A stretch of 60,876 bases of DNA, filler included, from Candidatus Zapsychrus exili (GTDB taxonomy: Bacteria; Omnitrophota; Gorgyraeia; Zapsychrales; Zapsychraceae): NCBI GenBank assembly GCA_030765585.1. It is 8 parts of 8 records of this genome, joined end to end, with 100 filler letters (N's around TTAATTAATTAA, not from the genome) between each part and the next. Parts side by side here need not be neighbours in the genome. Positions count along the whole stretch, not along the records: positions 57,789 to 60,876 come from JAVCCJ010000092.1; 7 more parts are not named here. One strand, given 5' to 3'. The translations under genes were made by a program, and so were the position numbers. The notes beneath the pieces are model-generated. The model did no database searches and was not told the DNA's origin. It saw nothing but the letters and a program-made list of their open reading frames with translations. The number at the start of each line of letters is the position of its first letter. Position 1 is the first letter of the stretch. Below, in pieces: positions 57,789 through 60,876 of this stretch.

Positions 57789-58884
57789 ATTGTTTTCTTA
57801 TATTTTCTCTCATTTTTGCTGTTTTATCCTCATTGGCAAGAAGATGCTTAATTTTTTCATTCAAACTTTCAGAATTACCGCGTTCAAATAGCAACCCAAC
57901 TTGCTCTTCTATAATCTCTGGCATAGACCCTAAATCGCTAGCTACAACAGGTATTCCATACGTAAATGCCTCCGCAATAACTCTAGGAAAGTTTTCGTAA
58001 CAAACAGATGGCACAACTAAAAACTTTGCACCCTTCATATATTTGTCATAATCTTCAGACTCAACGAAACCTAAAAATTCAACATTACAAATGTTTTTGT
58101 CCTTTATATATTTTTTAGACTCTCCTAGAAGAGGTCCACTTCCTACTATTTTTAAAGGCAAGTTTATATCTGACCATGCATCAAGAAGAACTTGAACACC
58201 CTTCTCTTGGCTTAAACGGCCAACGTATAAAGCATAGCCTTCATCAACTCCAACTTCTATATTTGTAGCAATATTAATGTTTGGCTTAACGCAAATCTTA
58301 CTTTCATCAAAACCATACTGAGCATACTTTCTACGCCCAAACTCTGTTGAAGCAATAAAACAAGAAATTTTATTCTGCCAAACTCTTTTTAAGTTATAAA
58401 TGGTAAAAATAATAGCCATATAAAAACTCATAAGAAAGGAATTTTTATAACATCTGTAAATAATTCCGTTGAAAAAGTTTTTCTTTTCAGAACATTTCTC
58501 GCATATTTTACCTTCTCTTAATAAAAGCGCATTTATACAAAGTGGCCTAAAATTATGCAAACTCTGCACAACAGCAACGCTTTCGTCTATACAAGCTTGA
58601 TATACTGATGGAGTTAATATGAAAAATATATTGTGACAATGGACAACGTCTGGTTTAAATTTCTTTATAATTTTCCTAACTTCATTATATGAGCTACGTG
58701 ACCATCCTAGCTGCAACATAAAAACAATTTTCTTAAAAAAAGAATACTTTGCAATTTCCTCATTACTACATTCAAAAACATGTACCTCCTGGCCAGAATC
58801 TCTTAATAATTTAGCCTCTGCCTTAACAACAGCGTCTTCTCCTCCAGGATGTCTATAGCGATTATGTAGTATTAAAATACGCAA
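57789..58884 (-). CDS. glycosyltransferase family 4 (3' truncated)
   Basis: GGED, PDVVHCHN, YVGRLSQEKG, ENFP.VIAEAF..G.PVVAS. Confidence 0.92.
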
Positions 58885-59013
58885 TTTGTTACTTATCCTT
58901 TTCTATAAAACTCAAGTATTGCCTCTAAACTATTATCTATTACAAGATATAAGATTTAGGAAATTTGACCCTAGAAATCCTGATACACCTGTCACAAGAA
59001 TTTTCTTTTTATA

Positions 59014-59733
59014 TCACTTTGTTTTCATAAACTTCTTTTCATTTTTTTTAAATATATCTTGTGCTGAATGAAGATCTTCTGGTCTCCCTAAATCAAGCCA
59101 AGTTTTATTTGTTTTATAACAAGAAACTTTTTTGTCTTTAGATTGAAGTCTCAATAGTAAATCTGGCATATCTATTCTTTCATTCTTCTTTATATATTTC
59201 TGACATTCTTTTTTTAAGATGTTAACTCCAAGACTAACATCTGTACGATAAGTAGGCTTTTCAATATAATTTATAAAATTACCATTGCTATCTGACTCTA
59301 CAACGCCAAAGTCCGTCTTAACAGTCCTACGTTTTATAGAAATTGTTGCCATACTTTTATTTTTCTTATGAGACTTAAGCAATTCTTTAAAATCCATGTC
59401 TGTTAAGGTGTCGCCATTTATAACAAGAAAATCATCTGCTAAATTCTTAACTAATTTTATAGCCCCTGCAGTTCCAAGCGGCTCTTTCTCTTCTACATAC
59501 TTAATATTTACTCCTAAATTGCTACCATTTTTAAAATAAGCTTTAATTAAGTCAGACATATGACCTGTTGCTATAACAATATTATTAATTCCATAAAACT
59601 TAAGCTGACGAATAATAACCTCTGCTATCGGGGTTTCACAGACAGGAACTAGTGATTTTGGCAAAACAGTTGTATACGGACGTAGCCTTGACCCTTTACC
59701 ACCTGCTAAAACTATGGCTTGAATTTTAGACAT
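59014..59733 (-). CDS. sugar-phosphate nucleotidyltransferase
   Basis: LAGGKGSRLRPYT..PK, EPLGTAG, NGD, WLDLG; ATG at 59733. Confidence 0.9.
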   Translation of the reverse strand: MSKIQAIVLAGGKGSRLRPYTTVLPKSLVPVCETPIAEVIIRQLKFYGINNIVIATGHMSDLIKAYFKNGSNLGVNIKYVEEKEPLGTAGAIKLVKNLADDFLVINGDTLTDMDFKELLKSHKKNKSMATISIKRRTVKTDFGVVESDSNGNFINYIEKPTYRTDVSLGVNILKKECQKYIKKNERIDMPDLLLRLQSKDKKVSCYKTNKTWLDLGRPEDLHSAQDIFKKNEKKFMKTK

Positions 59734-60721
59734 TATAAATCTCCGGCTTATAGTGATTGATATTATTCTTAATCCAACCACATGTTTTCTTAAGGCCTGC
59801 TTCTAATGATACTCTCGGCTTCCAATCTATTGCTTTTCTAATTTTAAGATTATCGCATACAAGCCTTTGGACCTCACTTTTATCAGGTCGCATTCTATTT
59901 TTATCTTGGATAATTTTGATTTTCTTTTTAGTTATATTAGATATCGTCGAAACAAGATCTCTGACAGAAATCTCTTTGTTATTACCAACATTAAATATTT
60001 TTCCGTTTGTACCATTTTGCTGTGCTATCTCTATAAAAGCATCAGCTGTATCCGTTACATATGTAAAGTCTCGTGTAGCATCTAAATTACCTAATTTAAT
60101 AGTTTTAGACCCTGCATAAATTTGCGATATTATAGTAGGTATTATTGCTCGCGCAGATTGACGAGGTCCGAATGTATTAAAAGGCCTTACAATCGTCACA
60201 GGAGTCTTAAAAGATCTATAAAATGACATTGCAATTTGATCAGCAGAAGATTTTGTAGCAGCATAAGGCGACTGTGGATTGATAGGATGGTCTTCATCAA
60301 TTGGCACATACTGTGCTGTTCCATAAATTTCACTAGTTGATGTATGCAAAATTTTCTTAACCTTCAATTGTCTTACAGCTTGCAATATATTAAGCGTACC
60401 TTTTATATTGGTATCAACATAGCTATCAGGAGAATGATAACTAAAAGGAATTCCTATTAAAGCCGCCAAATGAAATACAACATCCGTGCCCTTCATTGCA
60501 GTTAAAACTCCATTTGGATCTCTAATGTCTCCTGTAAAAACCTCTATTTTTGCCAAAGTATTCTTTGGCAATGTATCTAGCCATCCCCAACTATTAAATG
60601 AGTTATAATAAACAAACGCTTTTACCCTCGCTCCTTTTTTAATCAACCTCTCTGCTAAATGACTACCTATAAATCCATCTGATCCAGTAACTAAAACTTT
60701 TTTATTTTTTAAATCCATCAT
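59726..60721 (-). CDS. NDP-sugar 4,6-dehydratase (LegB-like SDR)
   Basis: TGSDGFIGSH, YNSFNSWGWLD, LAALIGIPFSY, YAATK, RPFNTFGPRQSARA. Confidence 0.9.
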   Translation of the reverse strand: MMDLKNKKVLVTGSDGFIGSHLAERLIKKGARVKAFVYYNSFNSWGWLDTLPKNTLAKIEVFTGDIRDPNGVLTAMKGTDVVFHLAALIGIPFSYHSPDSYVDTNIKGTLNILQAVRQLKVKKILHTSTSEIYGTAQYVPIDEDHPINPQSPYAATKSSADQIAMSFYRSFKTPVTIVRPFNTFGPRQSARAIIPTIISQIYAGSKTIKLGNLDATRDFTYVTDTADAFIEIAQQNGTNGKIFNVGNNKEISVRDLVSTISNITKKKIKIIQDKNRMRPDKSEVQRLVCDNLKIRKAIDWKPRVSLEAGLKKTCGWIKNNINHYKPEIYNV

Positions 60722-60874
60722 ATTGTCCTTTGATTTATATTCTTTAATTTCAAATAATATGCAAAAGCGATTCCATACATAGTCCATATAAACATTGCAG
60801 TGTAAGGAAACTCAAGTATAAGTAAAAAATCTTACATTCCTTGCAACATCATTTGTCGGAATGATACAACAAAG
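60718..60874 (-). CDS. C-terminal fragment of a membrane protein (possibly O-antigen ligase/polymerase-like)
   Basis: Open frame from window edge ...LILEFPYTAMFIWTMYGIAFAY..., TGA overlapping the dehydratase ATG. Confidence 0.4.
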
Positions 60875-60876
60875 TA

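Overview
This window is not one locus. It is eight contigs joined by 100-bp N/TTAATTAATTAA linkers (gaps at 5097-5196, 22956-23055, 27441-27540, 35780-35879, 49569-49668, 55009-55108, 57689-57788), so adjacency across a gap means nothing. The DNA is low-GC bacterial; the giant modular protein in contig 5 suggests Candidatus Omnitrophota (inference). Contig 1 holds ICE-type conjugation genes (TraH/PFL_4711-like, TPR protein, TraG_N). Contig 2 is housekeeping: secDF, a shortened mfd, surA-like, pdxA, rsmA, PilZ, gatCAB, ctpA, tsaD, mgtC, bactofilin-HTH, nupC, tRNA-Met, tilS fragment. Contig 3 is an integrative element at tRNA-Ser(GCT) with integrase, excisionase and a primase/helicase-type ATPase. 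Contig 4 is a defence-like island (OLD-type ATPase-TOPRIM, PLD fusion, DUF4365-like, two HEPN proteins, DUF3223, RusA) whose genes are separated one by one by a ~45-bp repeat and one attC-like site. Contig 5 has glycerol genes, cmoB, and a frameshifted ~2650-aa modular protein with UGPase, PPDK-like and guanylate-kinase domains between recurring D-x-A-M linkers. Contig 6 is a type II CBASS operon plus a tyrosine recombinase, bounded exactly by two dif-like palindromes. Contig 7 is a phage replication module with iterons. Contig 8 has polysaccharide biosynthesis genes. The strongest candidates for new biology are the repeat-delimited cassette array, the linker-delimited enzyme polyprotein and the palindrome-bounded CBASS module. 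All family calls come from motif recognition by eye; no database searches were run.
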